The notes under the pieces: generated by a model
What the model saw: the letters and a program-made list of their open reading frames with translations, nothing else
What the model was told of the DNA's origin: nothing
Databases searched by the model: none
Origin: an uncultured Methanoregulaceae archaeon
Lineage (GTDB): Archaea > Halobacteriota > Methanomicrobia > Methanomicrobiales > Methanospirillaceae
Direction: 5' to 3'
NCBI GenBank assembly: GCA_963717525.1
Contig: OY970343.1
Span: forward strand, 1,216,001 to 1,280,000
Length of the DNA: 64,000 bases
Shown here: positions 23,601 through 33,459 of the stretch, piece after piece
Layout: each line of letters begins with the position of its first letter
How positions within the stretch are numbered: position 1 is the first letter of the stretch
Made by a program: the position numbers and the translations under genes

Positions 23601-23799
23601 AATATAGATCTCGTCAGCCATGTCCGGATCGGTCATGATCGTTGCCGGGTTGGAGTTGACCAGTACCGACCTCAATACCCTCTTCCTTGAGGGAGCGGCA
23701 GGCCTGCGAGCCGGAGAAATCAAATTCTGCACCCTGGCCAATCTGGATCGGCCCTGAGCCGATGATCAGCACCTTCCGGATGTCGGTTCTCCGGGGCAT
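20636..23799 (-). CDS. carB: Carbamoyl-phosphate synthase large subunit (frameshifts at ~23667 and ~23490)
   Basis: [30 protein letters not shown] (23614..23799), [11 protein letters not shown] (23487..23741), and the main body in 20636..23485. Confidence 0.95.
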
Positions 23800-24855
23800 T
23801 TATTTCAGCCCCTGGAAAAGCGCGTCAAAGAAATGCGCTTCGGTATCCCGGGGGCCCCCGTGGGCTTCCGGATGGAACTGTACCGTTGTCAGGCAAAGAT
23901 CTTTGTTCTCAAACCCTTCAACCGTTCCATCGTTGACATTTGTATAGGTCACGCGGCAGCCTTCGGGCAGGGACCCGGCATCCACCGCAAAACCGTGATT
24001 CTGGGTGGTGATGAAGATGCGACCGTCTTTGAACCGCACCGGCTGGTTTGCCCCACGGTGGCCGAACTTGAGTTTGTAGGTATCACCGCCAAGGGCGAGA
24101 GCGGATACCTGGTTTCCCATACAGATCCCAAAGACGGGGAGTTCCCCGAGGAGGTCCTGTATGCAGCGTATCGAATCCGGGGCCTGTTTGGGATCGCCCG
24201 GGCCGTTACTCACAAAGAGGGCATCAGGTTTGCAGGTCCTGACCTGATCAGAGGTGGCGTTATACGGGAATACATACAGGTCCCCGTTCCGCTTCGAGAG
24301 ACTGGTCAGCATGTTCTTTTTGATCCCGAGATCAATGACCGCAATTCGTTTCCCGCTGCCGGGGATACGGTAGGGTTCCCTGCACGATACCTCCGGGATC
24401 GGAACGATATCGCATATTGTCGGGGTCTTTTTTGCCAGGGCTACAGCATACGCCCCGTCTCCGCTCCCCACAACTAGCGCTGCGCGCATCGTTCCATGGA
24501 CCCGGGCCTTGATGGTTAAGGCACGGGTGTCGACACCGGTCATTCCGAGGAGAGAATTTTCTTCAAAAAAAGTTCTGATAGTTGGTTCGTATTCGGGTTT
24601 CTCGCAGATCTCTTTTGCGATGCACCCCAGCGCACAGACGCGCGGGTTCTGGAAGTTTTTAGAATCGACGCCGTAATTGCCGATCTGGGGGAAGGTGAAC
24701 ATCAGGATCTGTCCGAAATAACTCGGATCGGTGAGAGACTCCATGTAACCGGTCATCTGGGTGTTAAAGACCAGTTCACCGGCACATTCACCTTTTACCC
24801 CGAATCCTTCCCCAACAACAAAATCCCCGTCTTCGAATCCCAGAACCGCCTTCAT
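23800..24855 (-). CDS. carA: Carbamoyl-phosphate synthase small subunit
   Basis: ELVFNTQMTGY, SNGPGDP, GICMG, QFHPE. Confidence 0.96.
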   Translation of the reverse strand: MKAVLGFEDGDFVVGEGFGVKGECAGELVFNTQMTGYMESLTDPSYFGQILMFTFPQIGNYGVDSKNFQNPRVCALGCIAKEICEKPEYEPTIRTFFEENSLLGMTGVDTRALTIKARVHGTMRAALVVGSGDGAYAVALAKKTPTICDIVPIPEVSCREPYRIPGSGKRIAVIDLGIKKNMLTSLSKRNGDLYVFPYNATSDQVRTCKPDALFVSNGPGDPKQAPDSIRCIQDLLGELPVFGICMGNQVSALALGGDTYKLKFGHRGANQPVRFKDGRIFITTQNHGFAVDAGSLPEGCRVTYTNVNDGTVEGFENKDLCLTTVQFHPEAHGGPRDTEAHFFDALFQGLK

Positions 24856-25122
24856 GGTGTCCATAGATTATGTGCCGGATTAGTTATTAACGCTGATGCA
24901 AAGGACAGAGCCGGGTCACAAGCCGACCTTCACATGAGTCAGATCCTCGTTCGGGAGAAATCTGCTGCAATTACGGTACAAGACCCCGGCGGCCATAAGA
25001 GCAGCGCCAAGATGTCACAGTCGCAGAAGCGGGAAAGAATGCCGGATCAGTATGCCTTCATGAAATGGGATCGCCCGCATCCCCATTTTTATATAGTACC
25101 GGCCGCAATTTTGTCACGGGAA

Positions 25123-25410
25123 GTGATTTACACGTCAACACACGTCAAAGGAAAAGACCGGGGTCCTGTCATGTTGTACGCGCTATCGACCTGCCAGTGG
25201 TGCCACAAGACAAAGGTTCTGCTGGAAGAGCTCGGCGTTGCCTTTGATTACGATTACATTGATCTTCTCGAAGGAAAAGAGCAGGACGAGGCGATGGATA
25301 CGATCGAACGGTGGAACCCCAGCGGGTCGTTTCCTACCCTTGTGATCGATAACAAACGAGCAATTGTGGGGTTCCGTGAGCAGGAAATCCGGGAGGCTCT
25401 TGCCGTATGA
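25123..25410 (+). CDS. Glutaredoxin/NrdH-like redoxin
   Basis: [14 protein letters not shown] (CxxC) and SFPTLVI cis-Pro motif; stop overlaps the next ATG. Confidence 0.88.
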   Translation: MIYTSTHVKGKDRGPVMLYALSTCQWCHKTKVLLEELGVAFDYDYIDLLEGKEQDEAMDTIERWNPSGSFPTLVIDNKRAIVGFREQEIREALAV

Positions 25411-25922
25411 ATGTCCCGGCAATTACGGAAGATTCTGTTGACGCCACGTATCTCACGCTCAGAAATGATGCCGAAAAAAGCGGTTACCGGCTGAACCCGG
25501 ATAGCGAATTCACAAAAAACCTTGTTCGGGGCCTGTTGAAGAACGAGCAGAGGTACGGGTACTGTTCCTGCCCCTGCCGTCTCGCTTCAGGTAAAAAGGA
25601 GGAGGATATTGATATCATCTGCCCTTGTTATTACCGTGACGACGATCTTGAGGAGTTCGGTGCCTGTTACTGCACCTTGTATGTGAATGAGGCGATCGCC
25701 CATGGCAACCAGAAAGTCGCCCCGGTGCCGGAGCGCCGCCCACCCCGCTCCCAACGGGGGAAGGACCCTGTAGTCCGGATTACGGGGACTGCTGCTTCAC
25801 CGGTCTTTTCCCAGCCAATCTGGCGGTGCAAAGTCTGTGGATACCTCTGTGCACGCGAACAGCCACCGGGTATCTGTCCGATCTGCAAGGCGACAAAAGA
25901 ACGGTTTGAGAGATTTATCTAA
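25407..25922 (+). CDS. Ferredoxin:disulfide (thioredoxin) reductase catalytic domain fused to a rubredoxin-like domain
   Basis: CPC...CPC...CYC FTR motifs plus C-terminal CKVC...CPIC. Confidence 0.9.
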   Translation: MNVPAITEDSVDATYLTLRNDAEKSGYRLNPDSEFTKNLVRGLLKNEQRYGYCSCPCRLASGKKEEDIDIICPCYYRDDDLEEFGACYCTLYVNEAIAHGNQKVAPVPERRPPRSQRGKDPVVRITGTAASPVFSQPIWRCKVCGYLCAREQPPGICPICKATKERFERFI

Positions 25923-26154
25923 AACTTTTTCTTATGAGATCCTCCCAGAAACAGGGTTTTTATTTTTCATGGGGCACTTGTATTCTCTCCATGTTCCACT
26001 AAAAAATCATACTCACAATACCTGTTTTTCTGTATCAAATTTTTATACGTTCCAGAATAATCACCCTGCAACTGCGTGTTGGATCTTGATAATTGCGATT
26101 CATCCCCTCCTCGCTTCTCTCGGAGTCGCTCGGGCGCCTTATCGGGCCCCTGCT

Positions 26155-26265
26155 GGGCAGATTACCTGTTTCTCCACTATCCTGGTAATTGATCCGCCGC
26201 GGGGGCTTCCTGCCGGGGGCGGCGGCACTGCTCGTTCATGGGGGTGTGGGGGCGACAGCCCCCAC
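26155..26265 (+). repeat. GC-rich multi-hairpin dispersed element, copy 1 (candidate ncRNA/MITE/REP-like)
   Basis: Stems ATTACC/GGTAAT, CCGCCGC/GCGGCGG, GTGGGGGC/GCCCCCAC; homologous to 45886-45953 on the opposite strand. Confidence 0.65.
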
Positions 26266-26355
26266 GATATCCCCGCCACTCAATCCGGAAATCCGGCCCG
26301 GGACCCAGCCATTCCGGAAAAAAACCCGCCCCCCCTTTCAAAAAAATCGGTCACC

Positions 26356-26620
26356 CCCCTCCCCCCACGTGCTGCTCCGCAAAAAAATCGATCGGACCGA
26401 TCGATTTCAAAATCGGTCGGGGCGACCTCTTTTATTCCAGTCTCGCAACATGCGCTTCCACTGGATGTTCAGGAGAGGCGGGGTGATCGGTCCGATCGTT
26501 TCTGAAATTAGCCGGACCTACCGCTCGTACAGCAGGATCAAAGGTAGCCCCCTACCCCCCACGTGCTGCTCCGCAAAAAAATGATCGGACCGATCGATCT
26601 CAGAATCGGTCGGGGTAACC
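26356..26620. repeat. Two ~70-bp direct repeats plus a partial third, each with a GATCGG(A/T)CCGATC palindrome
   Basis: CCCCCCACGTGCTGCTCCGCAAAAAAAT..GATCGGACCGATCGAT..AATCGGTCGGGG at ~26356-26427 and ~26548-26620; partial copy at ~26485-26509. Confidence 0.85.
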
Positions 26621-26717
26621 GCTTTACACACCTTTCCCGGAACCCGGTAAAAGGACGGGACGGAGAATGCTGCATTACCCCAATACTAAAAATACCGTTC
26701 ACACAAACCTATGGTAT

Positions 26718-27056
26718 ATGACTGGCGCGATCCGTGTCGAGATTGTCGGACTGAAATCTTCTGAATGTTCTCCGTTTCCCTGCGATGAAAACCGGACCTG
26801 CGGGTTATCAGAGTGCTATCCCTCAGGAAACCTGGTACAGGCGTTTGATGCATTAAAAGCGAAGGTACAAGAGATCTATGGCAACCGGGTCGAAATGAAA
26901 CTCACCCTTATCGATGACGATGTTCCCGATCATATACGCTCGATACTCGAAAAGGAATATCCACCTATTCCGATGGTTCTCATGAACGGGAAACTCACCC
27001 GGATCGGGAGGATCGTATCCGACCGTATCATGAACGAGATTGAGGCCACTCTTTAA
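26718..27056 (+). CDS. Cys-rich hypothetical protein, possibly thioredoxin-like fold
   Basis: CSPFPCDENRTCGLSEC and YPPIPMVLMNGKL. Confidence 0.7.
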   Translation: MTGAIRVEIVGLKSSECSPFPCDENRTCGLSECYPSGNLVQAFDALKAKVQEIYGNRVEMKLTLIDDDVPDHIRSILEKEYPPIPMVLMNGKLTRIGRIVSDRIMNEIEATL

Positions 27057-27228
27057 CGAAAGTCATGTATATGTGCCTGGTACCGGTTTCTTAGGTAAAG
27101 AAGTACCTGCAGATCCCAATCCTTTCTTTTTTAGAGAAGGAACCGGAAAACGGGGATTTTAAATGGAGACTGAAAAGTGTCTTTTATTGGATTGACCGGC
27201 ATCGCGCTTTAAGGAGGCCAGACACGTC

Positions 27229-28563
27229 TTACACTGATCTCCCTTTTTCCTTCAACCGGGTAAGAACCCGCTCCTTTTTTGCGATTGCAGCCTGTGAAGC
27301 CCGCAGGACTCCCTTTTTCATCTCCTCGAAATCTGCAGATTCCGTGTCCACCACTTTTTTTACCGGCGTATATGCGGACTCCCGGAACCGGGGCTCGAAA
27401 TCATGCTCTTTCCCATCCGTCACCAGGACAGATGCCGGTTCTCCCTTTTCCACGTTCCCGATCTCCCTGCAGTTTACACCGGTTGACCGGATTACCCGGG
27501 TAATCTCATCCGCCGAGGATTTGGGGGCAACGATCAGGAGGGCATCAAGGGAAACGCCGAGATAATCAATCTCTAATGCTTCAAGCATCTTTCGTACCCG
27601 TGGATTGACGAGGGGGAGCGTATCCTCCTCCCTCACCACCATACGGCACCGTGCGGTCTCTGCCATCTCAAAGATGTCGCCCCGGAGACCCCCGTTGGTC
27701 ACATCGGTCATGGCATGGATCTGATCAAATACCGGATTTTTTATCAGCGCTTCACAGGTCAAAAGAAAGTTGAGATTGATAGTCTCTTCGACAACGTCAG
27801 GGAACCCGGAATAGATCGCCGCAGTCGCAATCGTTCCACCGCCCGCACCCTCGGTCATCAGCAGCACATCACCGGGCTGAGTCGATTTCCTGGCCGTCAG
27901 GTGACGGGCCACTCCAACAGCACCGACACAGCCGGTCAGCCGGTTCCCAAGGACCATGTCCCCGCCTATCCTCAGCGTGGAGCCGGTTACGAGGGGCACG
28001 TCCATCATCTCGCCAACGGTCGTGATCCCCGCCGTGTAGTCGAATATCTTTGCCACATCCCCGTCATCGGCCACATGGATGTCGGAAAAGAGCATGACCG
28101 GCGTTGCCCCCATTACGTAGAGATCCCGCAGCGTCGCACGGGTTACATGGAAACCGGCAAGATAGGGATAATCCGAGAGCCGCGAATGCATGCCATCAAC
28201 GGTACAGACGATATACTCGCTACCGGCTTTGACGGCCCCGGCGTCATCCATCTCGTCCACGCCGACTGATGCCCCGGTTTTGCCGATAATCCGGGCAATT
28301 TCCCGGTGTGCAAAAAAATCGCCTTTTCCCCGGGAGCCAACCCCGAACTCCCCCATCCTGACCCCTGCCGGCTCGAACGCAAAAAAATCGCCGGTGAGCC
28401 CCTGCGTATTTTTGACCTCTTCGACAACCGCCCGGGCAAAGGCGTTCGTGTACGCAGGTTTCGAATGTTTTATTTCCGATATACGCCCGGCCAGACTGTG
28501 TATAATTGCATTTTCATCTTCACCGGCGGCAAGATGCTGCCGGACATATTCCTCCACATCCAT
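27229..28563 (-). CDS. AIR synthase-related (PurM/HypE/ThiL superfamily) protein
   Basis: EMDDAGAV, TVDGMHSRLS, HAMTDVTNGGLRGD. Confidence 0.88.
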   Translation of the reverse strand: MDVEEYVRQHLAAGEDENAIIHSLAGRISEIKHSKPAYTNAFARAVVEEVKNTQGLTGDFFAFEPAGVRMGEFGVGSRGKGDFFAHREIARIIGKTGASVGVDEMDDAGAVKAGSEYIVCTVDGMHSRLSDYPYLAGFHVTRATLRDLYVMGATPVMLFSDIHVADDGDVAKIFDYTAGITTVGEMMDVPLVTGSTLRIGGDMVLGNRLTGCVGAVGVARHLTARKSTQPGDVLLMTEGAGGGTIATAAIYSGFPDVVEETINLNFLLTCEALIKNPVFDQIHAMTDVTNGGLRGDIFEMAETARCRMVVREEDTLPLVNPRVRKMLEALEIDYLGVSLDALLIVAPKSSADEITRVIRSTGVNCREIGNVEKGEPASVLVTDGKEHDFEPRFRESAYTPVKKVVDTESADFEEMKKGVLRASQAAIAKKERVLTRLKEKGRSV

Positions 28564-28622
28564 GCATCCGTATTCGTGCCGGAGCCATAAATACCACCGG
28601 TATTGTCCTGTTTAAACAGATA

Positions 28623-29603
28623 TTACCGGCGCAGGATACCCATAACTTCCGAGAAACAGTGGAGGCCCTCTTCGAACTTTTTTGCCTTGAACAGGGAAAG
28701 TCCTTTGACCACCCCTTCCCTGACATCGTGGGCATCAATATAATAGGCCTGATCAAAAGCGTGGGCTGATTCTTCCAGTCGCCCCAAGGCAAAGCAGGAG
28801 TTACTCAAAACCACCCATGCATCGGCAATCGTTGGATCGTTTGAAAGGGCTTGCCTGAGGCACAAGATTGCCTCATCGTGCAAACCAAGCTTTGAAAGGG
28901 CAAGGCCTTTCCGGTAGAGTGCCTGCGGGTGAAGGGGATTGATGGCAAGCGCACAGTCCAAGGTATCGAGAGCATCACGATAGTTTTTCTGGTTGATAAG
29001 GGCGATTCCCCGGTTATGAAGGGCAGAAAAATAAAAAGGGTATATTTTCAGGGCCCGGTCATAACAGGAGATCTCCTCCTCATAGCGTTTCAGTTTCCCG
29101 AGGGCATAGCCCTTATTCACCCATGCCGAGATGTACCGGCTCCGCAACTGAAGGGCCCGGTCGCAGCACCGGATCTCTGCTTCGTATCGTCCCAGCATAC
29201 CAAGGGCGACACCCTTATTGTTCCATGCGGATGCATTTTCCGGATCGAGTGCGAGTGCACGATCACAACAGGCAATTTTTTCCTCTAACCTGCCCAGTTT
29301 TCCAAGGGCAAACGCCTTGTAATTCCATGCATCGAGACTGGCAGGATCGAGGCACAGTGCCTGATCGCAGCAGTCGATCTCTTCCTGGAAACGTCCCAGT
29401 TTCCCCAGCGCAAAACCCCGCCCGGCCCATGCAGATGCAAGCGACGGGTTTACGGCAAGTGCCAGCGTGAACAAGGTAAGGGCCTCATCATGCCGGCCCT
29501 CTTTGCCCCGCGCAATTCCTTCAGCATAATAATCAAGCGCTGAGGGAGTCTTTCGGTCAGTTTCTACAGGTTCTGTCGAATTCATTTGCGTAGGATATGG
29601 CAC
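28623..29603 (-). CDS. TPR repeat protein
   Basis: Multiple 34-aa repeats (AWNNKGVALGMLGRYEAEIRCCDRAL). Confidence 0.9.
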   Translation of the reverse strand: MPYPTQMNSTEPVETDRKTPSALDYYAEGIARGKEGRHDEALTLFTLALAVNPSLASAWAGRGFALGKLGRFQEEIDCCDQALCLDPASLDAWNYKAFALGKLGRLEEKIACCDRALALDPENASAWNNKGVALGMLGRYEAEIRCCDRALQLRSRYISAWVNKGYALGKLKRYEEEISCYDRALKIYPFYFSALHNRGIALINQKNYRDALDTLDCALAINPLHPQALYRKGLALSKLGLHDEAILCLRQALSNDPTIADAWVVLSNSCFALGRLEESAHAFDQAYYIDAHDVREGVVKGLSLFKAKKFEEGLHCFSEVMGILRR

Positions 29604-29623
29604 CCGTGCACCCAGTCCCCGTC

Positions 29624-30100
29624 TCAGGTGACCAGGTACCCGTGCTCAACAAGATACCGTTGACGGCGTTCTTCGGCATCGGAGAAAGATTCCGGGATAT
29701 TTTTTTCTGCCTCTTCCCAGACGGCACGTAACATGCGATCATCCGAGTGAAGGTGAAGTGTCCCGGTCACCACACCCAGGACATTTCCTCCGGGAGCGGT
29801 AATTCGCATAATAACACAGCGATAAAATTTGCACTGTGCCGGACTATCGTTATGGATGGTGCATCGCAGAAGATCTCCATCGGGGCGGAGGAAACGGCAT
29901 GCATGGGGATGGTTGTCGGGAAAGGAGCGATCGCAAAAGATCTCCCGTTTGTCTTCATCGACGCAGGCAATAAACTCCGTACCGGTGGATACCGATTCGC
30001 ATGCAAACTCATATGGCCCGATCTGCTTATCGATGATGATATAATCGCCCAGGGACATGCAGCAGGTTCCGCATTGCCGGCAGGTAAACGTCACGTTCAT
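29624..30100 (-). CDS. YkgJ-family cysteine cluster protein
   Basis: CRQCGTCC, CRFL, CTIH..P..CKFY. Confidence 0.85.
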   Translation of the reverse strand: MNVTFTCRQCGTCCMSLGDYIIIDKQIGPYEFACESVSTGTEFIACVDEDKREIFCDRSFPDNHPHACRFLRPDGDLLRCTIHNDSPAQCKFYRCVIMRITAPGGNVLGVVTGTLHLHSDDRMLRAVWEEAEKNIPESFSDAEERRQRYLVEHGYLVT

Positions 30101-30189
30101 TCCCTCTCACATCATTTAAAAATATCCGTGATACCGGAGGCCATAATCTGAACTCTCCCGTATTTATCTGCTCTGACCACTACGACTCC

Positions 30190-30822
30190 CTACTGGATCC
30201 TTCCTGCCGCGGTCTGAGCCAATTCTTTGAGCGTTTCAAAATCTGTTGTTGTGCCACTCATGGTCACCTCTTCGTACACATCCTTTTTTGTGAAGATAAT
30301 TGAGTACGTCGTGAGAAGGGGATTCTCCGAATCGGTTTTACGATAGGCAAAGGTTTGGTCCCCCATATTCGGGCAGGGGAGTTGGTAGATCTGGGTTGTC
30401 CCTGTTTCCTGTGCGGTGACAGCGCCCTCCTGAACATTAAATACCGTGTTCATATTGGAAAGAGTATAAAGATCGATGACCTGACTGACTGTCGTTAGGT
30501 CGTATTGTTGTTCGTTTAAACGGTAGTAGGTGACTGAATACCCTGCCCTCCAGCCGAGATTTTGCGACATCTGGTCCATTTCCAGATACGAAATGTCAGA
30601 TCGGTCCTTAAGGATATAACCTGACGGCATGTCAGACGGCTGGAGTGCCATTTGCGATACCGGGATTGTCGAAACCGGGCTTATTGTCGTCGGTACTGGA
30701 GTTGGGGCGGTCGTCTGGGTCGGTGCAGGCCCTTGTGGATTTGGAAAAATTGCCGACAGGCAGCCTGCACTGAACAGCACAACGACAAGGATAGCCACGA
30801 GAACACCGGAACCTGTATGCAT
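30190..30822 (-). CDS. Secreted lipoprotein-like hypothetical protein
   Basis: Hydrophobic signal ending SAGC, PT-rich linker. Confidence 0.8.
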   Translation of the reverse strand: MHTGSGVLVAILVVVLFSAGCLSAIFPNPQGPAPTQTTAPTPVPTTISPVSTIPVSQMALQPSDMPSGYILKDRSDISYLEMDQMSQNLGWRAGYSVTYYRLNEQQYDLTTVSQVIDLYTLSNMNTVFNVQEGAVTAQETGTTQIYQLPCPNMGDQTFAYRKTDSENPLLTTYSIIFTKKDVYEEVTMSGTTTDFETLKELAQTAAGRIQ

Positions 30823-31060
30823 GCCGTACTATTGACGATACCAGATAAAATGCTTGCCGGGATGCCACGTGCCAATCTGAACAGAGCATACGCGAACCTT
30901 TCACAAGAAATTGCCGCGTATAACCCGGGGTGTAGCCGCCTCAAGAGGGTGCAGCCGGATAGTGTGGCAGTTCTTCGGGAGAGAGTACCAGGACACCGAC
31001 AAATATCTTTTTCTCGGCAAACATCCCACGGTTGAACGTAGAGACGGAGGGAAAAGCAGA

Positions 31061-32560
31061 ATGGATGATCCAGAACTCCAGGGTGATGAACAGATACTTA
31101 TCCGGACCCAGGGGGTCCATGTAAAATCGATCTCTTTTGAGGCTATCCTCACCAACAGAGGAATTATCCTTGTTGACCGGTTAAAGAACCTCCTGCCTCC
31201 AAAGGAGATACCCCTTACAACCATCCAGTCCATTGAACCGGGAGAGAACGCAATCCGGGATCTTACCATAACGTTGGGAGTTATCACCAAGGCGGGAGGA
31301 GCGCGGCAGATGGTGCTGACCTTCTCCCGCGAAGGAGGGGGAAACAGGATCAAGGAGCGGGATGAATGGGTCCGCCAGATCCGGGGTTATATTATCCCCT
31401 CGTTTGAGCAGGTGATCCGTAAGGTTATCCCGGGAATAGACCCTCAGCAAGCAGGTCATGAGGATACAGCTCCATTCGGGATCAGGGCCGCGGTTCCTCT
31501 CGCACGTTCACCGGATTTATCCCAGCCTGCAAAAAAGATAATGGAAAATCCCCCTGAACCCTGGAACCCGGCACCTTCACCGGAGCCGGCACCGGAATCA
31601 ATTCTTGGCACATATTGCACCCGGTGCGGTACGAAAGTGCCCGAGGGATCCGGATTCTGCACCAAGTGCGGCACCCCGATTACGGGCCCGGGAGAGAACC
31701 CCGAGGTACCAGTTTCAGCTCCACTCTCTTCTATTCCTGTATTTACACCCCAAAAAGAGCGCCCGATCGACCGCAACATCCGTTCTGTTGACCCACTCAT
31801 TGAGAGATCAACGACGACTCTTCCTCTCGATACGCTCCCGGCAGCCAATCCCCTGCCAGAGGGAGTTCAACCTGTACTTTCTGGATCCGTACCGCCCAAA
31901 ATGGTCGTCCCGGAACAAACTTCCACAACCAAAGTTCCCCCTCCCACACACACCACAAAGAAGCGCTTTATGCCAAAACTCTTCTCCCCAAAAGACATGC
32001 AACACACCCCGCTGATTCCCTCATCCATGCCCACAGCGGTTCCGGCCCCTCCAAAAAAACCCTCGAACAAGAAAAAGATCCTGCTGGCTGCTGGCATCAT
32101 CGTCGTCATCCTCATCGCTGCGGTAGCAGCTTTCGTTATCCTGCCAAAGATGGGGTTATTGGGGGCTCACGGTTCCGGTGTATCCGTAGTCGCTGCCACA
32201 ACAACCACCATTCCGGTCACCACACCAGCATCAGGCACCAGTACAACTCCCGCAATCGCTATTGTAGCGACAACTCCGCCGAACATCCCATCGACCGGCA
32301 TCGCCATCAGTGTCAGCTACATTGGGGGTTTCAACGGCTCCTATAGTATCGGTGGGGTGACCACAACCATAACGCCCAATTCAGGAACCCAGATGTATCA
32401 GGTGGGGAACGCCACCGGATCCTTGACAGCAGTATTCCAGAAGAAGGATAACACCGCCACCCACCCGCTGACTGTGAACATATACGATAATGGCAAAGAG
32501 CTCGCTTCCAATGTTACGAGCGCGGCCTATGGAAAAGTCACGGTCACTGCATCCGTGTAA
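31061..32560 (+). CDS. Membrane protein: PH-like N-domain, double zinc ribbon, Pro-rich linker, TM helix, extracellular domain
   Basis: CTRCG...CTKCG, KKKILLAAGIIVVILIAAVAAFVIL TM; ATG at 31061. Confidence 0.8.
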   Translation: MDDPELQGDEQILIRTQGVHVKSISFEAILTNRGIILVDRLKNLLPPKEIPLTTIQSIEPGENAIRDLTITLGVITKAGGARQMVLTFSREGGGNRIKERDEWVRQIRGYIIPSFEQVIRKVIPGIDPQQAGHEDTAPFGIRAAVPLARSPDLSQPAKKIMENPPEPWNPAPSPEPAPESILGTYCTRCGTKVPEGSGFCTKCGTPITGPGENPEVPVSAPLSSIPVFTPQKERPIDRNIRSVDPLIERSTTTLPLDTLPAANPLPEGVQPVLSGSVPPKMVVPEQTSTTKVPPPTHTTKKRFMPKLFSPKDMQHTPLIPSSMPTAVPAPPKKPSNKKKILLAAGIIVVILIAAVAAFVILPKMGLLGAHGSGVSVVAATTTTIPVTTPASGTSTTPAIAIVATTPPNIPSTGIAISVSYIGGFNGSYSIGGVTTTITPNSGTQMYQVGNATGSLTAVFQKKDNTATHPLTVNIYDNGKELASNVTSAAYGKVTVTASV

Positions 32561-32634
32561 TCGGCTCATTTTCCTCTTTTTCCACGTACAACTGTGAATA
32601 TATTCGTGATCAAAGTAGTTGATGTGAACAGACC

Positions 32635-33238
32635 ATGACAGACGCCACCAAGCCCCCGGTTCCCGATGGGGCAAAGGATCTTGAGAAACAGGGAATTGCC
32701 ATCATGATCAGCACCCTGCACAACAATGCAGAACCAGCCATCAGGAGATATGCGGCCTACCTGCTCGGTAATGCGAGGACCCCCCAGGCTATCAGACCCT
32801 TAATCGAAGCGCTCGGGGATCTGGACAAATCAGTACGGGAGCAGGCCATGCTCGCGCTCGTAGCCACAGGGAAAGCCGCAATTGAACCTCTTTCCGCCGC
32901 AATGAAAGACCCCAGATGGGAGACGCGATACCGGGCAGCGGAAGCCCTCGGGAAACTCGCCGATGAGAAAGCCGTAAAGCCTCTTATCCAGGGGCTCCAG
33001 GACAGCCGCGATCATGTACGGGTACATGGCAGCAAAAGGATTGACCGGTCTTGGAGATTCAGAGGCAATCGATCCACTGATCATTCTCTTAAAGGATGAA
33101 AATCCGGTAGTGCGGATGATGACCACGAAAGCGCTCTCCGCGATTGGAGGAAAAAAGGTTCAGTCTGCAATCAAGGATGCCCTTGCCCACGAAACAAATG
33201 AGGGGGTCCGGGAAGCGATGAACGCGGCGTTACACTAA
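32635..33238 (+). CDS. HEAT/PBS-lyase repeat protein (frameshift ~33020)
   Basis: Repeats VR..AAEALGKL..EKAVKPLI spanning ORFs 32635..33099 and 33014..33238. Confidence 0.85.
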
Positions 33239-33459
33239 GTATGCAGGTTGTATTTCTCCCAAATCCAGCCGCAATCCGGGCCCGGCGCTTCCTGAAGTAT
33301 GTTCCCGCGGCAACAGAATTACGACAAGGAAAAAAAACCTTTTTTGACGGCTTTTCCGGGCATGAAAGATCAATTACGTATCCTTTATCACATCTGATAG
33401 GCGATTCACTAGTTAACACAAGTCAGAATAACCATATCCATAGTTCGTGGTGATACCGC

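Noticed and set aside
25837..26584. ORFs of 222, 131 and 82 aa across the repeat cluster
   Set aside because: Low-complexity translations of GC-rich repeats in all three frames; probably spurious.
26356..26620. CRISPR array
   Set aside because: Only two full units of ~70 bp with ~120 bp between them, and no cas genes.
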